A model generated the notes under the pieces. It saw only the letters and a program-made list of their open reading frames with translations. It was not told the origin of the DNA and did no database searches. This document shows, piece after piece, positions 39,692 to 50,375 of a DNA stretch of 64,000 bases; position 1 is the stretch's first letter; every line of letters starts with the position of its first letter. The position numbers and the translations under genes were made by a program. The stretch is taken from the NCBI GenBank assembly GCA_963666735.1, contig OY762926.1, positions 1,696,001-1,760,000 on the forward strand, written 5' to 3'. The stretch comes from Gemmatimonadota bacterium. GTDB lineage: Bacteria > Gemmatimonadota > Gemmatimonadetes > Palauibacterales > Palauibacteraceae.

Positions 39692-39899
39692 CCTCGATCT
39701 GAGTTACATAGACTTCGCCTCGCAGGCGCCGGTCGACCTCGCCGGGAGGCGCGGCCTCGAAGAACAGGGCAAGGGCTTCGGCGAGATTGTCGCGAGCCTC
39801 GGCCACGGTCTCACCTTGGCTCGCAACGTTCAACTCGGGGCAGAGCGCCACATAGCCATCACCCTCGCGCTCGACGATCGCAGTCAGGCGTCGGGTCAC
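39678..39899 (-). CDS. Short HicB family antitoxin (hicB-hicA order)
   Basis: IVEREGDGYVALCPELNVASQGETVAEARDNLAEAL. Confidence 0.9.
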   Translation of the reverse strand: MTRRLTAIVEREGDGYVALCPELNVASQGETVAEARDNLAEALALFFEAAPPGEVDRRLRGEVYVTQIEVAVG

Positions 39900-40029
39900 T
39901 GCGGTTCCTCCATGGGTGCGAGGCCGAAGACCCGGTTGGCTTCGACGACCAAGGCGATGGCTGTCGCGAAGGTTCGCCCAGGCTTCTTCAAGGAATTCAT
40001 GGTCCATTGACTCTACCGAATAACCGGGT

Positions 40030-40680
40030 TCGGTGCTACTTGCGCGACAGATCGCAACCCGGTCGAACATCGGGACCTGCCGGTCGAGCAGTTAGAGGCC
40101 GTATGCGGCCAGGCATTGGAGGCCGACGGGCGGCACACCGCCATCCGCCTCCTGCATCGGCTGCTTCCCGCACTGGACGCGCCGATCCCGGGCCTCCGCA
40201 ACGGCGGCCTCTTCGCGATGCAGGAACTTGAGCGAGGGGTTCCGTCGCGCGGGGACTGGACGATCGCGGTCGAGGAGGCGCGCGGCGTGCGGACGCTTCG
40301 GGGACGCGCCTTGATCCAGGGTCTCGGGTTTGCAACCGAGGAACTCCCCGGACCGGCGATGCTGCTCGTGGCCGGAGACCGCAAGACGGCGGTGGCCGTC
40401 CTTCTGGACCGGCCCGAGGAGATCGACTCCGCGAGCGCGAGGTTCGACGGCGTGTCTCCGGTGTCCTACGCCTTGGCGCAAGCCGACCGGGAGAACCTGG
40501 ACTGGGTGGTCGCCGTGGCGGGCGGCACGCTCCGCCTTTATCCGGCCAAGCCGGGCGTCGGCACGGGCCGCCGTGGACGTTCCGAGACGTTCGTCGAGAT
40601 CGATCTCGACCTCCTTGCGGGCGATAACGCAGGTTACCTGTGGCTCCTGCTGTCCGCGCCCGCACTGTCGGAATCGCTCG
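40030..40680 (+). pseudogene. Internal fragment of a large protein, probably the N-terminal region of a type IIG/Eco57I-like restriction-modification enzyme
   Basis: PGLRNGGLFAMQEL, SPVSYALAQAD, LRLY, GRRGRSETFVE; no start codon context, ends at an IS-like end; family call from recalled resemblance only. Confidence 0.45.
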
Positions 40681-40719
40681 TTGCCTCTCTCCCGTGTTGG
40701 AGAGGGCAGAGAACACACC

Positions 40720-40753
40720 ATCAACCACAGAAACCAACTGTCCGTGAAAGCGG
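40720..40753 (+). mobile_element. Degenerate second copy of the IS3 right end
   Basis: ATCAACCACAGAAACCAACTGTCCGTGAAAGCGG vs ATCAACCACAGAAATCAACCGTCCGTGAAAGCGG at 37482-37515. Confidence 0.75.
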
Positions 40754-40865
40754 AGCCCCAGAGAGGCCAATCTCTGGGCCTAGCGTGGCGGTCAGGGAGG
40801 ATTGCCCCGCTGCGTTTTCGTCCACGGAGGGAGTGTGGGACTGGGCGTCCACGATTTGCCACAGA

Positions 40866-40880
40866 TAACCCATTGGGTTA
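40866..40880. promoter_or_regulatory. Putative TA operator palindrome
   Basis: TAACCCA-T-TGGGTTA, 11 bp upstream of the toxin ATG. Confidence 0.6.
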
Positions 40881-40891
40881 CGAGGATTGCC

Positions 40892-41230
40892 ATGCAGACC
40901 GTTGCCGAGGCACCCACCTTCTCCCGTCAGGCCGACAAGCTGTTCAACGAGGACGAGAGACGCGAACCGATCGACTACCTGGCCGAGCGCCCCTTGGCGG
41001 GGTCCGAGATTCCCGGCACGGGCGGGGTCCGAAAGATGCGATTCGAAGCCTCGGGGCGCGGTAAACGGGGTGGTGCCCGCTTGATCTATTTCTTCGGGGG
41101 CGAAGGGATGCCGATCTACGCGCTTCTCGCCTACTCGAAGTCCGGCAAGACCGACCTCACCCCCGGCGAGCGCCGAGCGGTGGCCGCGCTCGCAGCCGCC
41201 ATCAAACTCCAAGCAAGGCAGAGAAAATGA
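40892..41230 (+). CDS. RelE/HigB-2 family toxin
   Basis: P.AG.EIPGTGGVRKMRF...GRGKRGGARLIYF, YSKS.K.DLT. Confidence 0.9.
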   Translation: MQTVAEAPTFSRQADKLFNEDERREPIDYLAERPLAGSEIPGTGGVRKMRFEASGRGKRGGARLIYFFGGEGMPIYALLAYSKSGKTDLTPGERRAVAALAAAIKLQARQRK

Positions 41231-41505
41231 GCACGTTCGGAGAAGACCTGATCCAGTCCTTGAACGAGGCCTTGGACCATGCCAAGGGGGAGGGTCCCGC
41301 CATCGTTCACACCCCCATCTCCCCCCGCGAGGTTCGGATGGAGGCGAAGCTGACGCAGATCCAAATGGCGGCCTTGATGGGAATGAGCCTGTCCGGCTAC
41401 CGAAAGTGGGAGCAAGGGAGACGACGAGTCAGCGGCCCGGCCGCGGCGCTTCTGCGCATCATCAAGCACGATCCCAACGCTGTGCGGCATGCACTGGTGC
41501 CGTAG
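41227..41505 (+). CDS. HigA-like Xre HTH antitoxin
   Basis: FGEDLIQSLNEA, LTQIQMA, RKWEQGRR.VSGPA; ATGA overlap. Confidence 0.9.
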   Translation: MSTFGEDLIQSLNEALDHAKGEGPAIVHTPISPREVRMEAKLTQIQMAALMGMSLSGYRKWEQGRRRVSGPAAALLRIIKHDPNAVRHALVP

Positions 41506-41577
41506 CCGGACGGGGCCGGCGGTGTTGAAGCGGCGCATGTCCTGAACGTCGCCCCGCCCGCATCGGGGCGCAATCAG
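41505..41577 (-). pseudogene. Upstream region and first codons of a copy-2-type ATPase gene
   Basis: Nearly identical to 31087-31161; encodes MRRFNTAGPVR. Confidence 0.85.
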
Positions 41578-41734
41578 CGCCTCGTCACGGTGGTCCCCTG
41601 AGTGCGGTCGGACCGCCGCCCAGGCCGGAGCTGAGGTCCGGTTCGTTGGGAGACACCGCTTGCCATCCGCTCTCGTCGTCCCAGGGTGATCGCTTCGACC
41701 GTCCAGGACTCCGCTGTAAAGACCATCTCGGTCG

Positions 41735-41860
41735 AGTTGAAGTCCGGCAGCCACTCGGCGGCATCGCGTCCCGCCTTCACGCCCAGGTCCAGGGTCGGGG
41801 TAGCCAGTGCGAGGTTCTCGACATCGTGCGCGAACGCCCTGCGCTCGCTCAGCGACCAGG
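41735..41860 (-). pseudogene. DUF1524/HNH-like nuclease fragment
   Basis: AWSLSERRAFAHDVENLALATPTLDLGVKAGRDAAEWLPDFN, out of frame with the upstream Ig gene. Confidence 0.5.
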
Positions 41861-42799
41861 CGGAGGAGGCGGAAGGACGGTGATCTCCGCCGTCCCTTCC
41901 ACGCCGTCAGCCGCATCGCGGGCCGCCGCCGTGATGGTCGCCGTGCCCTCGGCCACTCCCCGCACCAGGCCCATGTCGTCCACGGAGGCCACGGCGGTGT
42001 CGCTCGAGGTCCAGCCGAAAGCGGCGGCTTCGACCACATGTCCGTTATCGTCGGTGGCCGTCGCAACCAGCCGCACGGTGTCGCCCGCGGCGAGGGTGTG
42101 GGCCGGCGGCGTGACCTCCACCGTCGTGGCGGTCTGTGAAACCGCGACCGAAGCGGTGTCCGACACCTCGCCGGAGAGCGCCGTGATGGTCGCGCTCCCG
42201 TTGGCCACCGCCGTCACCACGCCGCTCGTATCGACCGTCGCGACGGTGGTGTCGCCGCTCGACCAGACCACAACCGCATCGGTGATCGGGCGGCCGATCT
42301 GGTCGCGCACGTCGGCGGACAGCCGAATCGTCTGATCGAGCGCGGTGAGCGTCGCGGTGTCCGGCGCGACCGTCACCGTCGTGGGGGCCGGCGCCGCCAC
42401 CTCGACGGCGAAGCTCTGTGTGGCCGAAAGCCCGCCCGGGTCGGAGACCGTGACCGTCACGGCGGCCGCACCCTGCGCACCGCCCGTGACGGACAGTTCG
42501 GTTCCCGAAAGGCCGACGGTCGCGACCGCGGGGTTGGATGTCGTGGCCACATGGGTCAGCGCGTCGCCGTCCGGATCCGAGAACGATGCCGAGAGGTCGA
42601 TCCTCACGGTCTGGCCTTCGACGACCGCCTGGTCCGGAATCGCCTCGCCCGCCACCGGCGCCCGGTTGGCGGGAGGCAAGGGCGGAGGAGGCGCGGGCCC
42701 TGAACCCGTGTCGCCCCCGCCACAGGCCGCGCCAAGAGCTGTAACTCCGATCAGAATGAGCGGTAGGACGCCCCGTACCGGGCCGCGCCTCGACATCAT
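41849..42799 (-). CDS. Ig-like (Big_2-type) repeat lipoprotein, probably C-terminally truncated
   Basis: Lipobox GAAC, NRAP...FSDPDGD unit, WSSGDTTVATVD..GVVTAV units. Confidence 0.8.
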   Translation of the reverse strand: MMSRRGPVRGVLPLILIGVTALGAACGGGDTGSGPAPPPPLPPANRAPVAGEAIPDQAVVEGQTVRIDLSASFSDPDGDALTHVATTSNPAVATVGLSGTELSVTGGAQGAAAVTVTVSDPGGLSATQSFAVEVAAPAPTTVTVAPDTATLTALDQTIRLSADVRDQIGRPITDAVVVWSSGDTTVATVDTSGVVTAVANGSATITALSGEVSDTASVAVSQTATTVEVTPPAHTLAAGDTVRLVATATDDNGHVVEAAAFGWTSSDTAVASVDDMGLVRGVAEGTATITAAARDAADGVEGTAEITVLPPPPPGR

Positions 42800-42824
42800 C
42801 GCTATCACCTCCACACCTCCTTAC

Positions 42825-42868
42825 AAAAAAAGAAGCGGGCCCCCGCAGACTTCGCGGGGGCCCGCTTC
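42825..42868 (-). terminator. Rho-independent terminator after the large surface protein gene
   Basis: 15-bp perfect stem GAAGCGGGCCCCCGC/GCGGGGGCCCGCTTC followed by T7 on the minus strand. Confidence 0.9.
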
Positions 42869-42899
42869 CATGAGGCCTCTCGTCAGAGACCGCTAGGGT

Positions 42900-45800
42900 T
42901 TAGTTGTCGTCGTTATCGACGATCGTCAGAGTCGCCGGGCCAACCGTATACGTCTTGCCGGCACCGCCAGCCTGCACGCCGTCGGCGTCATCGAAGATGA
43001 TCGTCTCGTTGGCCTCGTCTTCGCCGTCTTCAACGATCACCAGCGTGACGGTCGCACTCGCCGTCGTCGCGCCCGTGTTGAACTGCAGCGCCACCGATGC
43101 GGCACTTCGGTAGTCGTTCGTATCGGTCGTGCTGCCCACATCGCCGCGCTCCGCCGTCCCGCCAAGAGCGAGTACGAAGTTGAGGATACCGCCCACCGGC
43201 GTGTCCGTCGTCCCAGTGATCGTCACCGTCGCGGTTCCCGCATCTTCGTTCACCTCGGTCACATCCAGCGACAACCTGACGTCGGGATCGTCATCGGCGA
43301 TCTCGATGCTGGCGGGCGCGTAGTACACGCCCTGCTCGGTGCTGGCCGCCGTCAATGCGATCTTCTCGTTATCCTCGTCACGCTCGGCGTCGTCAGCTGC
43401 ATCTATCATGACCTTGGCCTCCCCGGACTTCATACCCGCAGCGATCACCACGTCCGCGGTGCCGGGGGTGGGGCTGCCGCCCTCGAAATCAGCGGCTGCG
43501 GCACCGCTGGCAGCGTCCGGGCCGATGGTCACGGTCACGGTTCTCGCGCCAGTAGTGTCCGCCGTACCGGCCGTCACCGTTACCGTCACCTCCGTGGCAG
43601 CAGCGTCCTCGCTGATCGAAGGCACGTTCGCCGTGATCGCGAAGTCGTCGTCAGTGGAAGTCACCGTCAGCGTCGCAGGTGTGAAGTCCGTTGCCGAGTG
43701 GGTCAGGGCAAGTTCCTGCGACATGATGTCGAGATCGTGCGCTGTGGTGATCGTCACCTCGACGGAATCGAGAGCCGCAGCAGCACCCGTATCCCAGAAG
43801 TTAAACGTCCGAGGAGCCACGCTTACTCCGGCCTGCTCGCTGATGCTCACGTTGATGGGCGCAGTCGCCGTCGGCGTCGGAGCATCATCACCCGACATCT
43901 TGACCCAATACGTGGTAGCGCTCGTGCCTTCAGCCACATCCAGCTCGGTCACGGCCGTTGACGCAGCCGGGGTCCCTACGGCCGACGAGAACACGAACGT
44001 CGGAGCGTCAGTCGGTACCGTCGGCGTTCCTGGCCAGTTCACGCTGAACGTCGCGATGGCATCGTTGTAAGGGTTCGCGCTGGCGCGGTCATCCGCGTCG
44101 CGCGCGTCATCCTCGGCGCTCAGGAAGAAGCAGTAGGACGTATTACCGAGATCGTCGCCCGGCTTGAGCGTGAACACCTCGGAGAACTCGATCTCGTTGG
44201 TGCCGTTGTCGAGTCGCCGCACGGGACCGCTCACCTGCGACGCCTTCAACGGATCGGCGACCGTGCAGTCGGCGCCCTTATGGATGCTCAGGAACGCGCG
44301 CCGGATCTCGGTCGCGTCGGTCACCGTTCCCGCCACGGTCACGCTCACCGACGCCGCTGTGACCTCGCTGGCGAAACTGGACGGCACCGCGGAGAGCGAG
44401 AGAGCCGGAGCCGTCTGGTCACGCGTGAACGTGAAGGACGTGGACGCGCCATTGCCGGCGTTGTCCGGCGTCCAGGCGAACACGGTGTGGCTCGCTTCAC
44501 GCGCGAAGCGGTGAGTCGGTGACGGAGGCGTGATGTCGACCTCGACCGAGCCGTTGGCGGCGACGACCGCCGAACCGCTCCAATAGGTCGTTCGGGAAGT
44601 GGGGCTCGCGCCGCCGGCCCACGCGGTAACGCTGCGCGTCAGCCCGCTGCCGTCTTCGCCGGTGGCGAGCCGCGGCTCTTCGACCTCGAAGAACAGCGAG
44701 TTGGTCTTCAGCACCAGCGATTCGGAGGGCCGCTGGCGGCTGATCACGGGCCCCGTGCGGTCCACGCCGAAGTGCGTGGCCGTGCGGACCGTGCCGCCAG
44801 CAAGCGACCTGGCATTCCCCAGCCGGTCCGCCAAAGACCGGAGCTCGGCCACGTAGGTGTCGACTCCGCCGCCATCCGCTATGCCATCTATAGCGGCGTC
44901 CTCCTCGGGCAACTGATTGATGAGCGTGACGTTATCAAGACCGTCCAGGGGAGTGAACGCCGTGGCCGGGTTGGCATCGGAGTTCCTGCCCGCGGAGTAG
45001 TCGCCCACGGCGACCGCCGAGGTCACGCCGTAAACGTGCCCGACGCCCATTTCGGTCATTTCCGTGATCCGGAAGCGTCGCGCGCTCCCACCCGCGCCAT
45101 CGCGGTAGTAGCCCGCCTCCGTGGACGCCCAAGTCGCGGAATTGTTGGAGGTGGCGATCACGACTTCCGAGGCTGCGGTTATCACGGGAGCCTTGAAGTC
45201 GAAGTGAAGCGGCCCGAACTTCGCCTCCTCGCCGCCCTGGCGGAACTTGGCGGTGACGTCGAGGCCGTTGGGATCGAGAATCTGTCCATCGTTGACGACC
45301 CACGTCTCGCTCGCCCCGGCCCCACTCGGGATGTTCTCCAAGCCGAGGTTGGGGTTCCACCACTGCGTGCCGGCGGACCACGTGAACGGCGCCTCCTTGC
45401 TCGGAGAGTCCGAACCGAACCGGCTCTCCCTGAAGCTCAGGGAGGTGGCCCCCTCCACCGGCACCGGCGGCGTGCTGGCGGTGGTGTGCATGGAGGACAG
45501 CTGCATCTTGCCGACCACGGTGCCGTCGTACGCGACCGGACACGCGTGGAACATGTTGACGTTGCCCTCGGCGTTCGGACCGCCGTAGAAGGTCTTACCG
45601 CTGGTGTGGGCTCCGAGCTGGAACTGGCTGCCCGGAACGTGCGCGATCTGCACGAACCCGTGGTTGTCGAGTTCGATCGGCAGAGGGGCGATGACTTCGC
45701 GCCGCGCGTCCGCGTTGGTCGTGAGGAAGGCACCCAACTGGTAATCGCCGTTGGGGTACATGGGATCGAGCTGCATCCCCACGCACTCGCCCGCAACCGC

Positions 45801-46799
45801 GTTGGTGTTGAGGATACATTCGATCTCGACCTGCCCCGCGGCGGCGAGCCCGGGGCCCGCATCGGCAGAGGCGCTGCCCGTGCCGCGGCACAGGGGAGTG
45901 GCGGTCTCGCCGTTCAGCGTAAGACCGATCTCCGTCCACGTCTCATCGTGCGACTGCACATCGAGTACCGCGTAGATCGTGCCCGAGATGCTCGTCGGAT
46001 CGGTGATCTGCTCCCGTTCGGCGTTCAGCAGCCGCGAGATCACGACCGTGGCCTCTTGCGGACCCGTGGGAACGTCGATGCGGAAGCCCTGCGACACCGA
46101 CGCGGATCCGTCGCTCGCCGTAACCGTGATCACGGCGTCGCCCGCGGCGACCGCAGTGATCGTCGCGGTCGAGCCTTCCATCGCGACGGTCGCCACGCTC
46201 TCGTTCGAGCTGGCGCCCGTGTAGGTCAGCTCGTCGCCGTCCGCGTCGCTGAAGTAGCCAGCGACGTCGATTGTCGACGTGCCGCCGATCTGGAGCCTCG
46301 AGCCCGGAATCGTGCCCACCGCCACGGGGGCCTGGTTCGTGGCTGCCGCCTGGACCGTGACGTTGAAGCCCTGGTTGGCCTGGAGGCCAGCCGGGTCCGC
46401 TGCCGTCAGCGTGACAACGGCGTTCCCTTCGGCGACACCCGTCACCGTCGCGGTCGAGCCCTCAACGCTCACCGTGACCACATCGCCGTTGGACGAAGAA
46501 CCGCTGAACGTCAGCGCGTCGCCGTCGGGGTCGCTGAAGTAGCCGGCCGCGGGAACGGTGGCCGAGCTACCGACGCCCACGGTGTGCGCCGGAATCGAGC
46601 CGACTGCCACGGGCGCCCGGTTCGCCGGAGGTGGCGGCGGGGGCGGGGGTGGCGGCGGCGGCGGAATGACCGGCGGCGGTGGAATAGTGATGGGCGGAAT
46701 TTCCGGGAACGGCGGCGTGACGACCTCCACGGTGTCTCCGCAACCGCCGATGGCCAGGACCGCCCCGACCGTCAACAGCCTCTTGGTACCCTTCTTCAT
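42900..46799 (-). CDS. Large surface lipoprotein (1299 aa) with Ig-like and Calx-beta-like repeats
   Basis: Lipoprotein-like signal (GGCG), poly-Pro linker, two FSD.DGD Ig units, C-terminal E.DE.I...TIVDND motifs; GAGGAG RBS. Confidence 0.85.
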   Translation of the reverse strand: MKKGTKRLLTVGAVLAIGGCGDTVEVVTPPFPEIPPITIPPPPVIPPPPPPPPPPPPPANRAPVAVGSIPAHTVGVGSSATVPAAGYFSDPDGDALTFSGSSSNGDVVTVSVEGSTATVTGVAEGNAVVTLTAADPAGLQANQGFNVTVQAAATNQAPVAVGTIPGSRLQIGGTSTIDVAGYFSDADGDELTYTGASSNESVATVAMEGSTATITAVAAGDAVITVTASDGSASVSQGFRIDVPTGPQEATVVISRLLNAEREQITDPTSISGTIYAVLDVQSHDETWTEIGLTLNGETATPLCRGTGSASADAGPGLAAAGQVEIECILNTNAVAGECVGMQLDPMYPNGDYQLGAFLTTNADARREVIAPLPIELDNHGFVQIAHVPGSQFQLGAHTSGKTFYGGPNAEGNVNMFHACPVAYDGTVVGKMQLSSMHTTASTPPVPVEGATSLSFRESRFGSDSPSKEAPFTWSAGTQWWNPNLGLENIPSGAGASETWVVNDGQILDPNGLDVTAKFRQGGEEAKFGPLHFDFKAPVITAASEVVIATSNNSATWASTEAGYYRDGAGGSARRFRITEMTEMGVGHVYGVTSAVAVGDYSAGRNSDANPATAFTPLDGLDNVTLINQLPEEDAAIDGIADGGGVDTYVAELRSLADRLGNARSLAGGTVRTATHFGVDRTGPVISRQRPSESLVLKTNSLFFEVEEPRLATGEDGSGLTRSVTAWAGGASPTSRTTYWSGSAVVAANGSVEVDITPPSPTHRFAREASHTVFAWTPDNAGNGASTSFTFTRDQTAPALSLSAVPSSFASEVTAASVSVTVAGTVTDATEIRRAFLSIHKGADCTVADPLKASQVSGPVRRLDNGTNEIEFSEVFTLKPGDDLGNTSYCFFLSAEDDARDADDRASANPYNDAIATFSVNWPGTPTVPTDAPTFVFSSAVGTPAASTAVTELDVAEGTSATTYWVKMSGDDAPTPTATAPINVSISEQAGVSVAPRTFNFWDTGAAAALDSVEVTITTAHDLDIMSQELALTHSATDFTPATLTVTSTDDDFAITANVPSISEDAAATEVTVTVTAGTADTTGARTVTVTIGPDAASGAAAADFEGGSPTPGTADVVIAAGMKSGEAKVMIDAADDAERDEDNEKIALTAASTEQGVYYAPASIEIADDDPDVRLSLDVTEVNEDAGTATVTITGTTDTPVGGILNFVLALGGTAERGDVGSTTDTNDYRSAASVALQFNTGATTASATVTLVIVEDGEDEANETIIFDDADGVQAGGAGKTYTVGPATLTIVDNDDN

Positions 46800-46907
46800 T
46801 CACTCCTCCTCAGGGATGAAGTCCTTCGGGTGTATGGCTGACTCGATCCATCAACATACCACCGTTAACGAACGATGCACCACACCCCAGCCCGTAAAAT
46901 CGGGCTG

Positions 46908-46936
46908 AACATACCGACGCTCCCGAAGAGGGTCAA
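46908..46936 (-). promoter_or_regulatory. Putative sigma70 promoter P1 of the surface protein gene
   Basis: TTGACC-N17-TATGTT. Confidence 0.65.
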
Positions 46937-47123
46937 GAGCGCCGGAACTCACGTAAACGCTGTGTTTTCGTCGATCAAACAAGTCCGTGAACCGTCTCCG
47001 GCAAGAGCATGGTTTCTCCGGTGATCCCGGGGGATCACGCCGTCACTTCGGATCACGTTTTTCCGGGGGGATTCGAGGCAGGCCCCACCACACTCTCCAC
47101 ACCCACTCCCCCGCGTAATTCGG

Positions 47124-47153
47124 AGTATGGCACCGATTTCCACCTGCCGTCAA
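47124..47153 (-). promoter_or_regulatory. Putative sigma70 promoter P2 of the surface protein gene
   Basis: TTGACG-N18-CATACT with TG extended -10. Confidence 0.5.
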
Positions 47154-47222
47154 GTTTCTTGCGAAGTGTTCCGTCAAGCGTGGCTGCGCCGTACCGCACG
47201 CCGATACGGGCCCCTACACCGC

Positions 47223-50174
47223 TCATAGGGCCAGGGTTCCGCTCGATTTTCGGTTCGATTCGGGGCTCGTTTCCCGGCTCGACTCCGGCGGGAACTCCGG
47301 CAGGAGCGAGGCGAGATGCCGGCCGGTGTGGCTGCCCGGGGTCGCGGCGATGAGTTCCGGGGGACCCGCCGCGACGACGAGGCCGCCTCCCGCGCCGCCC
47401 TCCGGACCCATGTCGATGACCCAGTCCGCCGTCTTCACGACGTCCATGTGGTGCTCGATGACGATGATGGTGTTGCCGCGGCCGGCGAGCCGGTGGAGGA
47501 CGCGGAGGAGGAGGCGCACGTCCTCGAAGTGCAGGCCGGTGGTGGGCTCGTCGAGGATGTAGATGGTGCGGCCGGTGCTCGTCTTCGCGAGTTCGGTGGC
47601 GAGCTTCACGCGCTGCGCCTCGCCGCCGGAGAGGGTGGTGGCGGGCTGGCCGAGCGTCACGTAGCCGAGGCCGACATCGGAGAGGGTGCCCAGGCGGCGC
47701 TTCACCGACGGCACGGCGCCGAAGAACTCGAGCGCCTCGTCCACGCTCATCGCGAGCACGTCGGCGATGCTCCGCCCCCGGTAGAGGACCTCGAGCGTCT
47801 CGCGGTTGTAGCGGCGCCCCCGGCAGATGTCGCAGGGGACGTACACGTCGGGCAGAAAGTGCATTTCGATCTTCACGAGGCCGTCGCCGCGGCAGGGTTC
47901 GCAGCGCCCGCCCTTGACGTTGAAGCTGAACCGCCCCGCCGCGTAGCCGCGCATGTTCGACTCGGGCAGGCGGGCGAAGAGTTCGCGGATGGGCGTGAAG
48001 AGGCCGGTGTAGGTGGCCGGGTTCGAGCGCGGCGTGCGGCCGATGGGGCTCTGGTCGACGTCGATGACCTTGTCGAAGAGCTCAAGGCCCTCGATCGCGT
48101 CGTGCGCGCCGGGGACGAGCTTCGAGCGGTAGATCTCGCGGGCGAGGCGGCGGTAGAGGATCTGCTCGACGAGGGTGGACTTGCCGGAGCCGGACACGCC
48201 GGTCACGCAGATGAAGGTGCCGAGCGGAAACTCGACGTCGATCGAGCGCAGGTTGTGTTCGCGGGCGCCGCGCACGACGAGGTGGCCCTGCTCGGGGGGG
48301 CGGCGGCGCTCCGGGACGGAGATTTCGCGCTCGCCCCGGAGGTAGGCGGCGGTGAGGGAGCGTTCGTCCGCCAGGAGCCGGTCGATGTCGCCGGAGACGA
48401 TGACTTCCCCGCCCTCGCGCCCGGCGCCCGGCCCCATGTCGACGATGTGGTCGGCGCGGCGGATGGTGAGTTCGTCGTGCTCGACCACGAGGACGGTGTT
48501 GCCGAGGTCGCGCAGGGCGCCGAGCGTCTGGAGCAGCTTGCGGTTGTCGCGCGGGTGGAGGCCGATGCTGGGTTCGTCGAGCACGTAGAGGACGCCGACG
48601 AGGCGGCTCCCGATCTGGGTGGCGAGGCGGATGCGCTGGGCCTCGCCGCCGGAGAGGGTGCCGGCGGAACGCGCCGGGGTGAGGTAGCCGAGCCCGACGT
48701 GGTCGAGGAATTCGAGGCGCTCGACGACCTCCTTGAGGATGGGGACGCGGATCTCGGCCGTCTGGCCGGCGGCGGCGCGGGCGCGCTCGAGCCAGCCGCC
48801 GAGGAGCGGGCGGAGTTCGGCCACGGACTGCGCGGTGAGTTCGGGGAGGGAGAGTCCCTCCAGGGTGACGGCCCGGCTCTCGGGGCGCAGCCGCCCGCCC
48901 TCGCAGGCGAGACAGGTGGAGAGCGTCATGTACTCCTCGAGGGCGAGGCGCACGCGCTCGCTCGTCGTGTCGTGGTAGCGGCGCAGGGTGGCCGCGACCG
49001 CCCCCTCCCAGCCCACGTCGGTGTCGCCGTGGAGGATCGCCTCCTGCCGGTCCGCGTCGAGGTCGCCCCAGGGGGTGTTGAGGTCGAAGTCCAACTTGCG
49101 GGCGAGCCGCACGAGGGCGTGGCGGCGGCCGCCCGAACCCGGCGTCCCCAGGGGAAGGAGGACGCCCTCGAGGATGGAGATCCGGTCTCCGCCCACGATG
49201 AGGCCGGCGTTGGGGACGCGCTGGGAGCCGAGCCCGTCGCACTCCGGACAGGCGCCGAAGGGGGAGTTGAAGGAGAACTGCCGCGGCTCGAGTTCCGGCA
49301 TGCCGAGCCCGCAGCCCGGACAGGCGTAGCGCTCGCTGAACAGGTGCTGCGTCTCGTCGCCCCCGTCGTCGCCCCCATCGTCGCCCCCGTGCAGGGCGAC
49401 CTCGACGACGCCGTCGGCCATGCGGAGGGCGGTCGCCACGGAATCCGACAGCCGCTCGCGGTCGGAGGCGCGCACGGTGAGCCGGTCCACGACGACGGAG
49501 ATGTCGTGGTTGCGGCGCCGGTTCAGGTGGGGCGGGTCGGAGAGGTCGATCAGTTCTCCATCCACGCGCGCGCGTACGAAGCCTTCGCTGAGCGTGCGCT
49601 CGAACAGGTCGCGGAACTCCCCCTTCCGTCCCCTTACGAGCGGGGCGCGGACCTCGATGCGGGCGCCGGCGGGCCAGCCGAGGATCTGCTGGGCGATCTC
49701 CGAGGGCGACTGCGGGCGCACGGGGCGGCCGCACGAGGGACAGTGGGGGGTGCCGGCGCGGGCCCACAGGAGGCGGAGGTAGTCGTAGATCTCGGTGACG
49801 GTGCCGACGGTGGAGCGCGGGTTGCCGCCCGCCGTGCGCTGCTCGATGGCGATGGCGGGCGAGAGTCCCTCGATGACGTCGACATCGGGCTTCTCCATGA
49901 CGCCGAGGAACTGCCGCGCGTAGGCGGAGAGGGATTCGACGTAGCGGCGCTGCCCCTCCGCGTAGATGGTGTCGAAGGCGAGCGAGGACTTGCCGGAGCC
50001 GGAGAGCCCCGTGACGACGATGAGCCGGTCGCGCGGCAACTCGACGTCGACGTCGCGGAGGTTGTGCTCCCGCGCCCCCCGCACGATGAGGGCGTTCGGC
50101 GCGTCCCCGTTCCCCCTCGTTTCCCCGGCGTGGCCGCTGGTGTGGCCCTTGGTCCGGCCCCTGGCTTGATCCAT
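47223..50174 (-). CDS. uvrA: Excinuclease ABC subunit A
   Basis: GAREHNL, two Walker A motifs ([16 protein letters not shown]), two LSGGEAQR signatures, zinc fingers. Confidence 0.98.
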   Translation of the reverse strand: MDQARGRTKGHTSGHAGETRGNGDAPNALIVRGAREHNLRDVDVELPRDRLIVVTGLSGSGKSSLAFDTIYAEGQRRYVESLSAYARQFLGVMEKPDVDVIEGLSPAIAIEQRTAGGNPRSTVGTVTEIYDYLRLLWARAGTPHCPSCGRPVRPQSPSEIAQQILGWPAGARIEVRAPLVRGRKGEFRDLFERTLSEGFVRARVDGELIDLSDPPHLNRRRNHDISVVVDRLTVRASDRERLSDSVATALRMADGVVEVALHGGDDGGDDGGDETQHLFSERYACPGCGLGMPELEPRQFSFNSPFGACPECDGLGSQRVPNAGLIVGGDRISILEGVLLPLGTPGSGGRRHALVRLARKLDFDLNTPWGDLDADRQEAILHGDTDVGWEGAVAATLRRYHDTTSERVRLALEEYMTLSTCLACEGGRLRPESRAVTLEGLSLPELTAQSVAELRPLLGGWLERARAAAGQTAEIRVPILKEVVERLEFLDHVGLGYLTPARSAGTLSGGEAQRIRLATQIGSRLVGVLYVLDEPSIGLHPRDNRKLLQTLGALRDLGNTVLVVEHDELTIRRADHIVDMGPGAGREGGEVIVSGDIDRLLADERSLTAAYLRGEREISVPERRRPPEQGHLVVRGAREHNLRSIDVEFPLGTFICVTGVSGSGKSTLVEQILYRRLAREIYRSKLVPGAHDAIEGLELFDKVIDVDQSPIGRTPRSNPATYTGLFTPIRELFARLPESNMRGYAAGRFSFNVKGGRCEPCRGDGLVKIEMHFLPDVYVPCDICRGRRYNRETLEVLYRGRSIADVLAMSVDEALEFFGAVPSVKRRLGTLSDVGLGYVTLGQPATTLSGGEAQRVKLATELAKTSTGRTIYILDEPTTGLHFEDVRLLLRVLHRLAGRGNTIIVIEHHMDVVKTADWVIDMGPEGGAGGGLVVAAGPPELIAATPGSHTGRHLASLLPEFPPESSRETSPESNRKSSGTLAL

Positions 50175-50375
50175 AGCCGGGGATCGTAGACGCGCCCGGC
50201 GCTCCCGCGCCAGCTTCGCAGGGCGTCGGCGGCGTGCCGGGTCCGGCTGCGCCGGGCCGGGCCACGCGTTCGAGGGCCGGACACACTACGTTGCGTGGTG
50301 GCCCCCTCGGCGCGACGGAGACCCCGCCGGGGGGGCCGCGAAACGGGGCGAACGGTATCCAGGGACGGAGGGAGA

